Shown here in pieces: positions 21,960-33,401 of a stretch of 64,000 bases of DNA (its first letter is position 1; every line of letters begins with the position of its first letter). The stretch spans positions 124,001 through 188,000 of the forward strand of contig CDRNVI010000083.1 of NCBI GenBank assembly GCA_977017575.1, written 5' to 3'. A model generated the notes under the pieces. That model did not search any database, was not told the DNA's origin, and worked only from the letters and a program-made list of their open reading frames with translations. The DNA is from Paramoeba atlantica (Eukaryota > Protista > Discosea). The position numbers and the translations under genes are program-made.

Positions 21960-22617
21960 AAATTGGCTGGGGACGCTGAAGAAAACGGAAGGATTTGAGC
22001 CAAAAATAGCCGATTTTTAGGTAAAAATGGGATGATTTTTAGGCATTTTTGCTCTCAGAGCGCTAAATTCGACATTTGCGTGTGGGAAAACACTCGTAGG
22101 CATGTATTCGAGGCTACAGAACGTATTGGGTAGAGAATGCGACTCCAACCACACCATTCTTCCGACTCAAAAAGACCTCTTTGGGTCCGAAAATCTCGCC
22201 TTTTTTCGTCAAAAATGGGCCATTTTGGGAGGCTTACCACGGCTTTAAAAAGCCACATCTCGCGAAAACAGTGGCGTAGAAAGCGAGAATAGGTCCCAAG
22301 CTATCAAAATAGAATAGGCAAAACGATTTTGGAAATATATTTTTTTTTACCATTTTTTTCGTCAAGTTGAAAATTTTTTCAAAAAAAATATCCGAAAAAA
22401 TCCGAACTTGTCGGACCCGTCCTGCGCATACGCGGGGGGGGGTCACCCCCTGGTAGGGGGATGGAAAATGCGCGCCAAGACCCCGGCTACCGCTTCTGCG
22501 TTTTTTTTCGAACAAAATGTTTTTCAAAAAAAATTCGTGCGGTATGCCTCCCCCCCTGGACCCCCTAAGGGTCCGAATTGTTTTGAAAATTTTTGGACCA
22601 CCGGAGCCCCTTTTATA
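21960..22617. repeat. Dispersed repeat family X attached to the palindrome
   Basis: About 400 bp is the reverse complement of 33860..34260. Diverged relatives at 12660..13128, 24955..25110, 34430..34560 and 43150..43300. Distal end is GGACCACCGGAGC...TTCTTCTAT. Confidence 0.75.
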
Positions 22618-22619
22618 TA

Positions 22620-23429
22620 CTGTACCCCCCCTACTTAATTGTCATCGCTTTTCGGGAAAAAGGACAATTAAATAGGGGGGTGCAAAATTTGAAGAAAGTA
22701 GGGGTAAGAAATTGGTGCTCAGACGGCGAGTTGAAACCCGCTCATCGCAATATTCCCGGCGGCCTCACTCTAAGAGGCTCGGCTGATAACCGACTAGGCC
22801 CAGTACTCGGAGGACCGTCCCGGACCCTCCCCTCAGGGAACCAGCTCCCTTACCCGGCTTACACCTCTTGGGTAAGCCGTGTTGACGTACAGTTCGTCGA
22901 CGCATCTCTAAGCCTCACTCTAAGAGGCTGGGCTGAGAACCGACTAGGCCCAGTACTCGGAGGACCGTCCCGGACCCTCCCCTCAGGGAACCAGCTCCCT
23001 TACCCGGCTTAAACCTCTTGGGTGGGCAGTGTTGACGTACAGTTCGTCGACGCAACGTGTTGGTAACAGCACGTTGGTGCTGTTTTTTTTAGGACAAGCG
23101 GAAACTGGTCGAGGACGTCGGCCTCGGAACTTCCAAATCTGTCTGTGAAGGGTCTCGCTTGCCAGCGACCGTCCAGAGCGATCCGGAATGATTTGTATTT
23201 TTGGATTCTGTTTTGGAAAAAATGAGCCAATATTGTGTAACAAGATGTAATAAGGTGCTCGTAGGTAGGTGCTCATAGGTAGGTGCTCGTATCACATTAC
23301 ACTAGAAAATGAAAAAATGAAAAAAAAAGAATCGGCGCCGCTTCGCGACGCCTCGTGCGCAAGGCTCTGTCAAAAAGGACAATTAAATAGGGGGGGTAGA
23401 GGGGTGACAATTAAGTAGGGGGGGTACAG
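22620..23429. mobile_element. TA-flanked TIR element carrying the structured RNA-like repeat
   Basis: TA|CTGTACCCCCCCTACTTAATTGTCA ... TGACAATTAAGTAGGGGGGGTACAG|TA. Confidence 0.85.
22713..23179 (-). ncRNA. Structured RNA-like repeat, copy 2, with about 150-bp internal tandem duplication
   Basis: Reverse complement of 8574..8888. Homology stops exactly at CCA. Confidence 0.45.
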
Positions 23430-23450
23430 TATTTTTCTTCTGTTATATTA

Positions 23451-23704
23451 CTGTGTTCCTCTTTATATTTTCACTGTTTTTGTTTACTTTTTCAAATATT
23501 ATAGCATCTCAGCGTTAAAGTGGCGCTGCGAAGCGGCGCCGATATTTTTTTTAACGCGCGTGATGGTGAGTATCTTTGTCGTTTACTACCCATGCAACAA
23601 GTAAGTAGTAGATCTATAATTGCGGTGGTTGTATAACTACCGCTCTACCCTCGATTATTGAAAAAAAGTGAACAAAAACAGTGAAAATATAAAGAGAAAC
23701 ACAG
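23451..23704. mobile_element. MITE family A (TIR CTGTGTTCCTCTTTATATTTTCACTGTTTTTG)
   Basis: About 40-bp TIRs with TA flanks. Further ends at 25763, 35976, 43736 and (inverted) about 7930..7960. Confidence 0.85.
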
Positions 23705-23706
23705 TA

Positions 23707-24013
23707 CCGTAGACCCCCCCCAGTAATAGACCCCCCCCAGTAACAAGGATTTGACCCTTTTTCGGCGGACCCCCAGTAACAAGGATTTGGCTCGGGAGGG
23801 CCGTTGGAGGGGGGAGGGGTGTTTGGGCGGGTGGGGGTGTTTGGGGGGGGTGAGGGCGGTTACGAGGGAGCGAATCGCGTGGTTGCGGGGTTGAAAATCA
23901 ACGCACTCATGAGCAAAAAAGGTCCTTTCCCACCCAAAAAGCGTACCCCCCCAGTAACAAGGATTTGACCATTTTGGTCCAAAATTGATTCTATTACTGG
24001 GGGGGGTCTACGG
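23707..24013. mobile_element. MITE family C
   Basis: TA|CCGTAGACCCCCCCCAGTAATAG ... CTATTACTGGGGGGGGTCTACGG|TA. Confidence 0.85.
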
Positions 24014-24015
24014 TA

Positions 24016-24950
24016 ATAAACCCCCGCTCACGAAAAGTGACCCCCCTCTTTTTTTCCGTACAAATGTCCGTTTGAGCTGTTTTTTGTTGCATTTTGCAGA
24101 TCTCAACACAAGGACTTTGCGCGTGCAGAAATGAGACAAAAAGAAACGAATACTCACAATTTAGAGAAGAATTACCATTTTGTCACTTTTTCGCCCTTCA
24201 ATCTTATACACTCCTTAAGTCGAGAATCAAAACTTAATACTGTTTTGTCGATCACTTTTTGAGTTAAAGAAGACCATGCTTTACATACACATCGGATAAG
24301 TGAAGGTTTGTCCGATGGGGTTTGTTCGTCTACCGCCTCTTGGACCATAGACCAGACGTTTTCTATGGGGGAAAGGTCGGGCGAGTTGGGGGGCCAGTTT
24401 CTTAGAACATCACTCATTCAATTCTCAATATACTCTTTGGAGGCACGGGCAGTATGTGCCGTTGCCCCATCCTGTTGAAATACACTATTAGGGGGGAAAT
24501 CTACCTGTTTTAATGTTTCTATGTACGTCTCACTTGTAATAGATGTGTCATTGTAGATGTCTCACTTGTAATAGATGGTCACAGGACTCAAAGTGTATTC
24601 CCCGCTAGATTTTTTTTCGTTCAGATATTTTTTGATTATCCTTCTAGAGACGTTAAAATCACGGGATAATTGTTTTATCGGAACACCTTCTGCCTGTCTC
24701 ATCTTCAAAAGAACCTTACCACTATCCGTAAGCCCCCCTTTTGGGAGCCGATATGGTGATTTGGTAATTTTTGGAAAAAAAAGTTGAAAAACCAATTAAG
24801 TTTTTTGATTAAATTTTAAAATTTTAAAATGAGCTAAAAACAGCGGGAACGTACAGATCTCGAAATTTTGAACGAAAAAGTGATATGATAACCCACCGAC
24901 GCCCCCCTGTGCTAAAAATAAGGGGGGGTCACTTATTCGTGAGCGGGTTT
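24016..24950 (-). mobile_element. Deleted Tc1/IS630-like element with transposase C-terminal remnant
   Basis: Minus strand encodes FQQDGATAHTA...WPPNSPDLSPIENVW...R LKECIRLKG. Imperfect TIRs (AAACCC..GCTCACGAA.AAGTGACCCCCC). Confidence 0.8.
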
Positions 24951-25207
24951 ATAATAGGAGAAAAAAATATAAAAGGGGGCTCCGGTGGTCCAAAACTGAA
25001 GAATCAATTGAAAAAAAGGGGGGTCCATGGGGAGGAGCATACGTCGTTTTTTGAAAATTTCAAAATCTTGATTTTCGAAATCGAGCGCAGGGAAGTGGTA
25101 GAGTAGGCCGCCGTGGGACGAGGGGGGGGTATGCTAAGTGTCGCAGGCCAGAATAACATCCCCCCCCCCCGGTATGTTATCCAAGGTATAGGTATGTTAA
25201 ACGGGTA

Positions 25208-25746
25208 CTGGGAGTTGCATTAATAATTATAAATATATAAAATAAAACTTTTGTATTTATAATTATAAATATAAATAATAATGCAACTGGGCCTCTTGCT
25301 TTTTTACGAATGATACTACATGTACTACTACATAAACACTTATAAAGTTATATTTATAACCGTAAGTGAATATATAAGCGAGGGGGGGATTACTACATGT
25401 CCGCGTTAGTGCCATCAGTGAGGCGGTAGTACCAGGTAAGACAACAAGGAGGTCCCGACCTAGCTTCCCCATCCAGCTTTCCCCTCCATTTTCTAAGCAG
25501 GATGTAAGAAAACGCCGCTTTTTCTCCACCCATCGAGGAGGGGATCGGCCGGATACGCTAGTAAATTGTTCAATACTGCCTACGTTCTGATCTTGTCCCC
25601 TTTTCCCCTTCGGTCGTGACATACGAGTAAAACAAAAAGCTTAAAACCAATTTATAATTATAAAAACACTATGAAAGAATTTTAAACCCTTAATAATTAT
25701 AAGTTTAGGATTTGTGCAAATTTATAATTATTAATGCAATTTACAG
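25208..25746. mobile_element. TA-flanked MITE
   Basis: TA|CTG....TTGCATTAATAATTATAAAT ... ATTTATAATTATTAATGCAA....CAG|TA. Confidence 0.7.
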
Positions 25747-26260
25747 TATGTGGTTTATATTACTGTGTTCCTCTTTATATTTTCACTGTTTTTGGTCACT
25801 TTTTTTCAATAATCGAGGGTAGAGCGGTAGTTTTACAACTACCGACATTCCTTATTATTAGAGACTTCAATTGTGAATAATTCTGCAGCTATGAGTGACG
25901 TCCAAAAGCTTTTCGAAAAGTACCCTCAGATTGTCCCGGTTGAAATGTCAGCGGGTCTTTGTAGGCAACCAGTTTCTCCGGTGTCTTGGACAACGCTTTC
26001 CAATGCAAGTTGTATGCGAATATCCGTTGTCATAATTTAAAAAAAGTAGATGAAATGAAATCAATGACAGTGCGACAATTTCTTTTAGACAAGCATCCTC
26101 GAAAAAGAGAAAAACTCTAAAAAAAGGTAACTACTAAATAGAACTTTACCATTTGGGAAAATCGTTTTTTGGGACTTTATCAACTGGGCGCACTGTAATA
26201 TGTAATGTAATGCAATGAGCGCCTCAAAAAATAAGAATCGTTAGCAAAAATGGCTCATCA

Positions 26261-29200
26261 TTACATTGAACTTAGTTTAGTCTTGTATTTCTGTATGACC
26301 CTGTCGCGAATTTTCAAAGCAATGATTTCTAACTTCTTGCGCTGCTCAGGTTGAAGCAAACAATACGCATCATCACAGGTGGATTCGTATTTTTTCGTAA
26401 TTTTGTACCTGTTTGTCTTTTTACTTTGCGTTAGAAGTTTTGCAAAACAGTTTCTAAACAATTGCACCCCAGAAAGCTGCGTAATATAGAAAGCTTCGTC
26501 TGTAACTCGGGATAATAGTTTCACATTAAATGCTACGAGTTGTAGCACTTTGCCAGATATTTTACGCATAGTAGTTGCCACTTCTTGGAGACGCATCTTT
26601 TCCTCCTCGCACAAAGTAAAGAAAGCGTGTACGGATATATGACGATGCTTTTCATAAAGATGCATGTCACTTAAAAAACGGGATTTGTAAAAACTATTCA
26701 AAAATTTTAGACGTCGAATAACGAAAAGTTTTAGGGCCGCGCGATACTTGAAGGTTACATTTTCTTTCTGTTCTCGTCCGCCCTCCAGATACCTAAAGAG
26801 GATCATATTGTAAAAATTGTGATCTGCCGGACACATCCATTTATCTCCGTAATGCTTCTTGAGCACGGAAAAGAAGGAAGTTTTTTTCGGATCATTATTA
26901 GTAACACTTTCAATGATTTTGAGATTTGGTTGGCTGCCTGGCAAGTAATTTGGATTAGTATACTTGACAGCAGAGCTTGTTGCATCTGTACTATCAGGAT
27001 AGGCAGAATCCTTCGGTTGAAAAGTTTCTTGAACTTTGTTAACACGATATTTAATTTGCTTAATATGAGCAAGCAGAAATTGTCTAACCATGTTGGCAGT
27101 CAATTCAAGCGTCATCTTTTCCCTTTCCGAAAGCTTGTTGTAACATTCCGATAATTCGTGGATACCATCAAGAAGTTGCTCAATAGTCGAGCTTTGCGTT
27201 TTAGATTCAAGCGGAAGATTTACAGCTCGTTGAAAAAGATATAAATGAATGCCTTGTATACCTAAAGCCTGCTGCAAAGTAATATAAGAGTTTGCGCTTC
27301 TTAGAAGATAAATAAAGTTTTTAGAATACTCGCTTACTCTTGCTCGAATCTCGATATCAATATCTGGAGCAGTTTTAAGCCCCGCGATTTCTGAAGAATT
27401 CAAGTAAAAAGGCTTTAGTTTTTCCACTATGTCAAGCAAATTTTGTGAGCACAGACTTAGAAATTCATGCTCGTGACGGTCCGAGAATCCTTCGTCTTGA
27501 AGCAAATTCTGTAGAAAAGGCATATCCAGTGGCGAATACTTTTTTTTAAGCACTTCAGGAGGTAAATATATGTAGGACATGGCCTTCTTTTTTTTCGCTT
27601 CTGCCTCCAGCACAGAGCGCTGTCCCGCAGAAAGAATCCTGTAAGTAGCGTTAACATAGGACTTTGATACCTGCGACCCACCCATTTTATTTCTGTAAAC
27701 GTTGTATGCTTTTGCATGACGATAGCATTTTATGTTTTCTTTATGGTGCTCTGCTAGTCCATTTTGAATCTGACTGATGGCGAAAACACAGGTTCTTCGA
27801 ATTTTATCAGCTGTGAAAGCAAGAACCTCTCGTGCACTCGATGAAAGTAATGAGTATTGGGCTTCTACTTGTGCAGAACAAAGCTGTTCACCAATCCCAA
27901 TGACCGACTGGAATAAATATCTTGATACTTGTTGCTGTTCAAATAGTTTTAGAGCGCTCATTGTTGCACCTCTCAGTAGAGCATCATAGCTTCTCGCGTT
28001 TTTAAGATGTGCCATATAATTATCGAATCCATTCTGCACATGCTGCGCCTGAATTTTGAGCTGTTTCTTTAGGTGAGGAGACTTAGAAAGAATAGATTTA
28101 ACAGTTCGTGATGAAATTTCGTTTTTTGAGTGGAAAGGTTGATTTTCACAAACATTGCTTGTCGTTAGCGTTTTTGAGATTTTGACTTGCCTTGTGGGAA
28201 CAGTTTTAATCTTAGTACGCAAGCTAGGAGCTCGAACCAGTTTAAGAGGAGTTCGATGTAAGAACTGGTTGATTTTTTCGGGCTCCGCCTTTCGAGGCCA
28301 GAGCAATTGAGATATTTCCCGCTCTGAAATAGCTTGCTTTTCATTAGAACTTTCGGTTTGTATGATTCGAAATCTCATAATTTTTAGCGATACTCGGTCG
28401 GGGTTTTCGGATTCTTTAATTTTGTTTTCTGAAAAGGAATCCCGAAAAATTGCATCAGACTTTTTTCCTGACATGAATGATATTGCAGTCTCTCTGTTTC
28501 GACTGACCAGTTGATCTAAAACAGAGCGTTTTTGGTCCGTAAGAATACAGAATTCTCTCACACATCCTATCATGCTGAGCTGCTCTAAAAAATTAGCCTT
28601 GGCAGATGGAGTACATTTCTTCTCCATGCGAAAAAATTGAGGCATCATTCTCTGATAATAATACGCGTACCCATTTTCATAACTACAACGTCGTGCTTCG
28701 TTGGATCTTTCTTCCCGATGAAATAAGTCCCGCATACTGCGCCTGCGTTCTAGGACCGCTAGACGCCTATTCCTTGCTTTGTCTTTAAGTAATCCTTTCT
28801 GACTCGGTGTTAACAACCCAAAAAGTTGCGCACTTTCCTTGAAGAAAACCGGTGTTAGCATTTTCGAATTTTTTCTGCTCCTGTCATTTATTCTAGGCAA
28901 CAAGTTCGGTACCATCTCTTTTCGAAAAAGAGATAGAGCAGTAGTGTGGTGTCCAGTGACTTGTCGCCTGATCACTTCCGCTACCGCAATGTTCTTTGAG
29001 GCTGTCAACGCAGCCTTTTCCTTCTCTTCTTTGGAAAGTAAATCATATTCTTTCTTCACGTAACGCAAATGCTTCCACTCATGGTGATGTCTATTTTTGA
29101 CGCACTTTGTAATCCAATCGGACCAATACACTTGAAGAGGAGTTCGTGGGAGGGTCATATATTTCCACGGACGTGTTATCCATTTCCGAAATCGCTGTAT

Positions 29201-29281
29201 TGATGTGAGATAACCGCGAGCGTAACTCCAATAAAGAGTTGCTTTGTAAGATGTACTAATGCGTGAGCTTACTGTCTGCAT
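26261..29281 (-). CDS. Large basic protein with about 8 degenerate HMG-box-like helix repeats
   Basis: 1006-aa open frame. Recurring [YF]xxL[ST]xx[EQ][KR]xxLxxxA motif. Ser/Thr/Arg-rich N-terminus resembling a mitochondrial presequence. Confidence 0.75.
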   Translation of the reverse strand: MQTVSSRISTSYKATLYWSYARGYLTSIQRFRKWITRPWKYMTLPRTPLQVYWSDWITKCVKNRHHHEWKHLRYVKKEYDLLSKEEKEKAALTASKNIAVAEVIRRQVTGHHTTALSLFRKEMVPNLLPRINDRSRKNSKMLTPVFFKESAQLFGLLTPSQKGLLKDKARNRRLAVLERRRSMRDLFHREERSNEARRCSYENGYAYYYQRMMPQFFRMEKKCTPSAKANFLEQLSMIGCVREFCILTDQKRSVLDQLVSRNRETAISFMSGKKSDAIFRDSFSENKIKESENPDRVSLKIMRFRIIQTESSNEKQAISEREISQLLWPRKAEPEKINQFLHRTPLKLVRAPSLRTKIKTVPTRQVKISKTLTTSNVCENQPFHSKNEISSRTVKSILSKSPHLKKQLKIQAQHVQNGFDNYMAHLKNARSYDALLRGATMSALKLFEQQQVSRYLFQSVIGIGEQLCSAQVEAQYSLLSSSAREVLAFTADKIRRTCVFAISQIQNGLAEHHKENIKCYRHAKAYNVYRNKMGGSQVSKSYVNATYRILSAGQRSVLEAEAKKKKAMSYIYLPPEVLKKKYSPLDMPFLQNLLQDEGFSDRHEHEFLSLCSQNLLDIVEKLKPFYLNSSEIAGLKTAPDIDIEIRARVSEYSKNFIYLLRSANSYITLQQALGIQGIHLYLFQRAVNLPLESKTQSSTIEQLLDGIHELSECYNKLSEREKMTLELTANMVRQFLLAHIKQIKYRVNKVQETFQPKDSAYPDSTDATSSAVKYTNPNYLPGSQPNLKIIESVTNNDPKKTSFFSVLKKHYGDKWMCPADHNFYNMILFRYLEGGREQKENVTFKYRAALKLFVIRRLKFLNSFYKSRFLSDMHLYEKHRHISVHAFFTLCEEEKMRLQEVATTMRKISGKVLQLVAFNVKLLSRVTDEAFYITQLSGVQLFRNCFAKLLTQSKKTNRYKITKKYESTCDDAYCLLQPEQRKKLEIIALKIRDRVIQKYKTKLSSM

Positions 29282-30622
29282 ACACTATTTCCAAAAAGGA
29301 ATAACCCAATATTGTAGAGTATTCTATGCAGTGCAGTATCTAGGCGAAAGGTTCGTGGTATCTATTGTATCATGTGAATCAAATGTGTAAAATGAGTTTC
29401 TAAATATCGAGGCTTCATATTCTTGAACAAAAGTAACCAGGGGAGCGGCACAAATTTAATCTCATTAAACCATGTTCCAGGATAGTACATCTAACAGGTA
29501 TACTAAGTGGGTACGGTATTTAAAATACAAACCCGAGAGAGTTGATCTGCAGATTTCGCGCTTTTCGTATATAACCCCCCCACAGCGAATAAGTCACCCC
29601 CCTCTTTTTTTCGTACAGCGAGGCTTAGGGGGGTTGCGGCACCACTTTGTCGCTCAAAATTTTGAGATCTGCATGTTCCCGCTGTTTTTTGACCTCTTCA
29701 CAAACAAACAAATAAAAACAGTACATAGGAGTCAAAAAAACATATTTTTTCATCATTTTTTTTACAGAGTCATGCCAATATTACCGGAAAAATCAGATGT
29801 TCAGCGGTCAGGGGGGAGAAGGGGGTCAATAAGTGTGGGCATTGCGCTCATTCGTAATCAGAATTGTTGGATTACCTACCTGTGGCTTAGGGAGTTTTGC
29901 TTTAATACAGGGGGTTAAGGGTCCTTCCACGGGATTCGTTGGGTTGAAAAATGTCTGAATTGTATATGAACATGACAAACAATGTGAAACCTGACAAAAT
30001 TACCTAGCTAGATATAGAAAAAAATGACAAAAAGATGACCCCCCCAAAAAATAAGTGCCTCTCCGAGGCGCCCGGTCGGATTTGTCCATAATACCGTGCC
30101 GAACATAATTACGCCCGTACATAGTTACGCCCAACTTACCGGTAGCGCATTTTATAACAATAACATTTATTAACAAAGTTTGCTTCAAAAAATTAACTGC
30201 TTTGTTAACTTATGCTTTGTTAATAAAAGCATTGTTAATTTTTATTTCTGTGTGAGAAAAATTTCCACTAAATTGGAAATCATTTTCTCCTGAATGCCGA
30301 ACTTTCGAGGAAACTGTTGTTGTCTCCAACGCCATTTCCTACCAGTCTGCATGAAAATTATCATACCAGACCGTCCTCCCAGAAAAATAATAATTATTAA
30401 TTATTTTCGGCCAATTTTCAGTAAAAATTAATTACTTTGTTAATTTATGCTTTGTTAATAAAAACATTGTTTATTTTAATTACGCTGTAAAGTGCGCCAC
30501 CAGTAATTACGCCCAAACTTAAATTAATTAAGCCCAAATGGGTTGGTCAGGATGCGAGCGACCCCCCTCCAATGCCTTCACCCTGGAGGGGAGAGGGCAT
30601 CGGAGGGGGATCGCGGAAAATA

Positions 30623-31790
30623 CAGTAACTCAAAAAAGTGTTCGAATGTTTCGACATTTTTTAATGTTTTTATTCTTTACCAAAGAAAATCAGAGGATAA
30701 TGCTGTAGTATATACATAATGCTGTATGTATGGTAGTAATGTAGGCTGGGGTAGTGCTTATATCCCCACGTAATAGCAATCTTTCGTAAATAACTCGGTG
30801 TACTGTGCATAGTAGGACAAAGATCTACAATAGGAGAATAAAACCAAGTTGTTCTATTTACTACATTACTTATGCACAGTGCACCGAGTTATTTACGAAA
30901 GATTGCTATTGAAAAACTTGAAAACGGATCTTCACTTCGTAGAGTGGCCGCCGATTTAAACTTAAGCGTAGGAAATGTCAGCCGTATTAAAAATAAATAT
31001 CTTCCATCACTATCTAGACAACCAACCGGTCGCCCACGTAAGCTGAATGATACTTGCCGTAGGCGCGTCCGCCGTCTTATCACGAGCGGCGCCACAAAAG
31101 ACGCAGTTGCCGCCAGCAAAAGGTTGAGAGACGAGGGTATTGCGGATGTTTGCCCGGAAACCATTCGGGTTTCCCTTCGCAAGCGTATGAAGGGAAAGAA
31201 GAGGGTCAAGAAGCCCTACCTTACGAAACGACACAAGGCTCTACGTCTTGCTTTTGCAAGAAAGTACGAGCATTGGACGCACGCCGACTGGGGCCGTGTA
31301 CTTTTCACGGATGAAACGAAGATCTGCCGTTTCGAGTCGAATGGTAGCCGGTGGGTTTGGGTAGACTTTGGGGAGGAGCTGTCGGAGCGAAACATACAAG
31401 GTACGCTCAGGTATGGTGGCGGCTCCATCATGATATGGGGTTGCAAGATGGAGCCCATCGTTTGAGGGCAGTCATCAGGGCGAAGGGGGGACTTGCTAAG
31501 TATTAAGTCTGAACCATTTTGGTCCATTAAGAGTGAAGCAATAGAACGTTTTCCTATAAAAAAACATGTCCGAAAAAAAGTCAAAAAAATGTTCAAATGT
31601 TGGACTGACATTATATCTTTCATAGTTTTTCGTAGTAAGATCGTTGATGAACTCAAAGTACGTGGGGATATAAGCACTACCCCAGCCTACACTACTACCG
31701 TATACTACAGCATTATCCTCCGATTCTCTTTGGTAAAGAATAAAAACATTAAAAAATGTCGAAGCATTTGAACACTTTTTTGAGTTACTG
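30623..31790 (+). mobile_element. Internally deleted Tc1 element
   Basis: About 150-bp TIRs, TA|CAGTAACTCAAAAAAGTG ... CACTTTTTTGAGTTACTG|TA. Confidence 0.9.
30872..31465 (+). pseudogene. Tc1 transposase, N-terminal half
   Basis: HTH, GRPRKL, KKPYLT..H...RLAFA, W..VLFTDETK and GGGSIMIWGC. Truncated before the second D and the E. Confidence 0.9.
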
Positions 31791-31906
31791 TATGTGGGTA
31801 AAAAATATTTTAGAAAAAATCTATAAGATTTCTGAAAAATCCTCTCATTCCGATAGTATAAGGTTAGGTAGCGTCTGGATATCAATCTCTTCTTCACTTT
31901 AAGAAA

Positions 31907-32050
31907 GTGTTTCGTCTTGACGAAACCTCATCAGGCACTAGGAAGTATTCATGTGCAGTGAGGTCCCATAATGGGAACACACATAATGAGCAGGCTGATG
32001 CGCTTGCCATTTCAGGAACACGCAAGGCTCTTCCTACCTCAGAACCCAAG
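31907..32050 (+). pseudogene. RNase HI C-terminal fragment
   Basis: VRSHNGNTHNEQADALAISG fits the V.xH.G..xNE.AD.LA..G motif. Upstream part is broken. Confidence 0.45.
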
Positions 32051-32503
32051 AGGAGAAAAAAGACGCCAGATGTAGTTCCCAAGGGAGGTGTAAGTTCCGT
32101 GGAACTCCCTTCGGAAGAGAATAAGGACTTGGGTTCTAGTAATACTCATAAGGTCCAAAAGAAACAGCATAAAGGGACCAAAAAAGAACTCAACAGGCAG
32201 AGGAAGAATCTGGTGGGGATAAGGATGAAATTTCTAAAGATTCAAAGTTATTACAACATAAGAAAAGGTTGTTTTCTTAACTGGTTTTAATAACCAGTGT
32301 TTTAGGATAGGATAGGATTGGATCAAGCACTAGCTTTGAAATCGTAAAGTTATCCATAAAAATTGGAAAATTCTTTTTCAAAGGATTTAGAAAACAGTTT
32401 GTCGAATTAAGTTTAGACCAGTAAAGGGGAGGGATACCCCTTGTCCATATTAAAGGGGGGGTCACAGTACAGGAATATTAACCCCGACAGTGGTTTCTTT
32501 TTC

Positions 32504-32612
32504 TTTTTTAGGCTCTTCGTTAAACGCGGTGGTTGTTTTCAACTTAGAAGTCACTCATGCTGCGCGCTTCGCGTTGAAAATTACCTCCGCGTTTAACGAA
32601 GAGCCTAAAAAA
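32504..32612. repeat. 109-bp palindrome, copy 5
   Basis: Complete copy. Right flank GAAAAATCGCCAAAA matches the copy 2 flank. Confidence 0.9.
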
Positions 32613-32939
32613 GAAAAATCGCCAAAACATCGGACACAGTGCAGTCACTCAGTGAAGCTCGTGGCAGTCTGTGAAATTCATGACAGTCTGTGATAGTCAT
32701 GGCAGTCAGTGGGTGAAATTAAAGCAAAATTAGCCTTTGTTATTTCCGATTTCCGTAAAAGTTAAATTGCCTCATTAATCACCTTTTTATAAGATATCTT
32801 GCTTAGCTTAAGTATTTTCGGTATTTTCTAATGCCCTGTGGGGTGTGTGCTCGGTTTTCCTGCCACAAAGAGCTCACTTTGAGCAAGGTTTCTCTGTGGA
32901 CTGAGGAGGATTGTGTGCAGTGACTAGAAAGTCACAAAC

Positions 32940-33401
32940 TAGTCGCTCAAAAAGTCGTGTGCTACAGGAAAATCCACAAAACACCTCAGAGCATGAAGCG
33001 TATTGGTGCAAAGTGGTGGTGCACTAAAAAGTGCAACGGAAGGTACGCCGCACCAGGCCCACTGGTACCAGGTAGAGCCCACAGAAGTGCGAAACAAACG
33101 ACCGACGAGGGCACGGCACAATATTCAACTGGGGAACAATTACCAGTGGAAAAGTGTAAATCACCGTCGAGAGTGGGTGACACAGGAAGGTGTGCACACG
33201 AACACCGTTGAGTGTGCTAACTCAATGGCAAAGAAGCGATTGAAGCCTGAAGGGAGCGTTTTGGGAAGGAAATCAGGTAGAAGAGCAGACAGAGTGCAAG
33301 CAATCGCCGAGAAGTGCAACGGGAGCCTCCGCAAGAATGGAGAAGTGATGCTGCGTGTTCTGCAGAATTTGCAAGAACACTGTATTTGTATTCATTTGTA
33401 G
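32940..33401 (+). pseudogene. Merlin/IS1595-type transposase remnant
   Basis: LGNNYQWKSVNHRREWVTQEGVHTNTVECANSMAKKRLK fits the VNH...G.HTN.[IV]E motif. Cys-rich N-terminal piece is in another frame and the middle is deleted. Confidence 0.7.
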
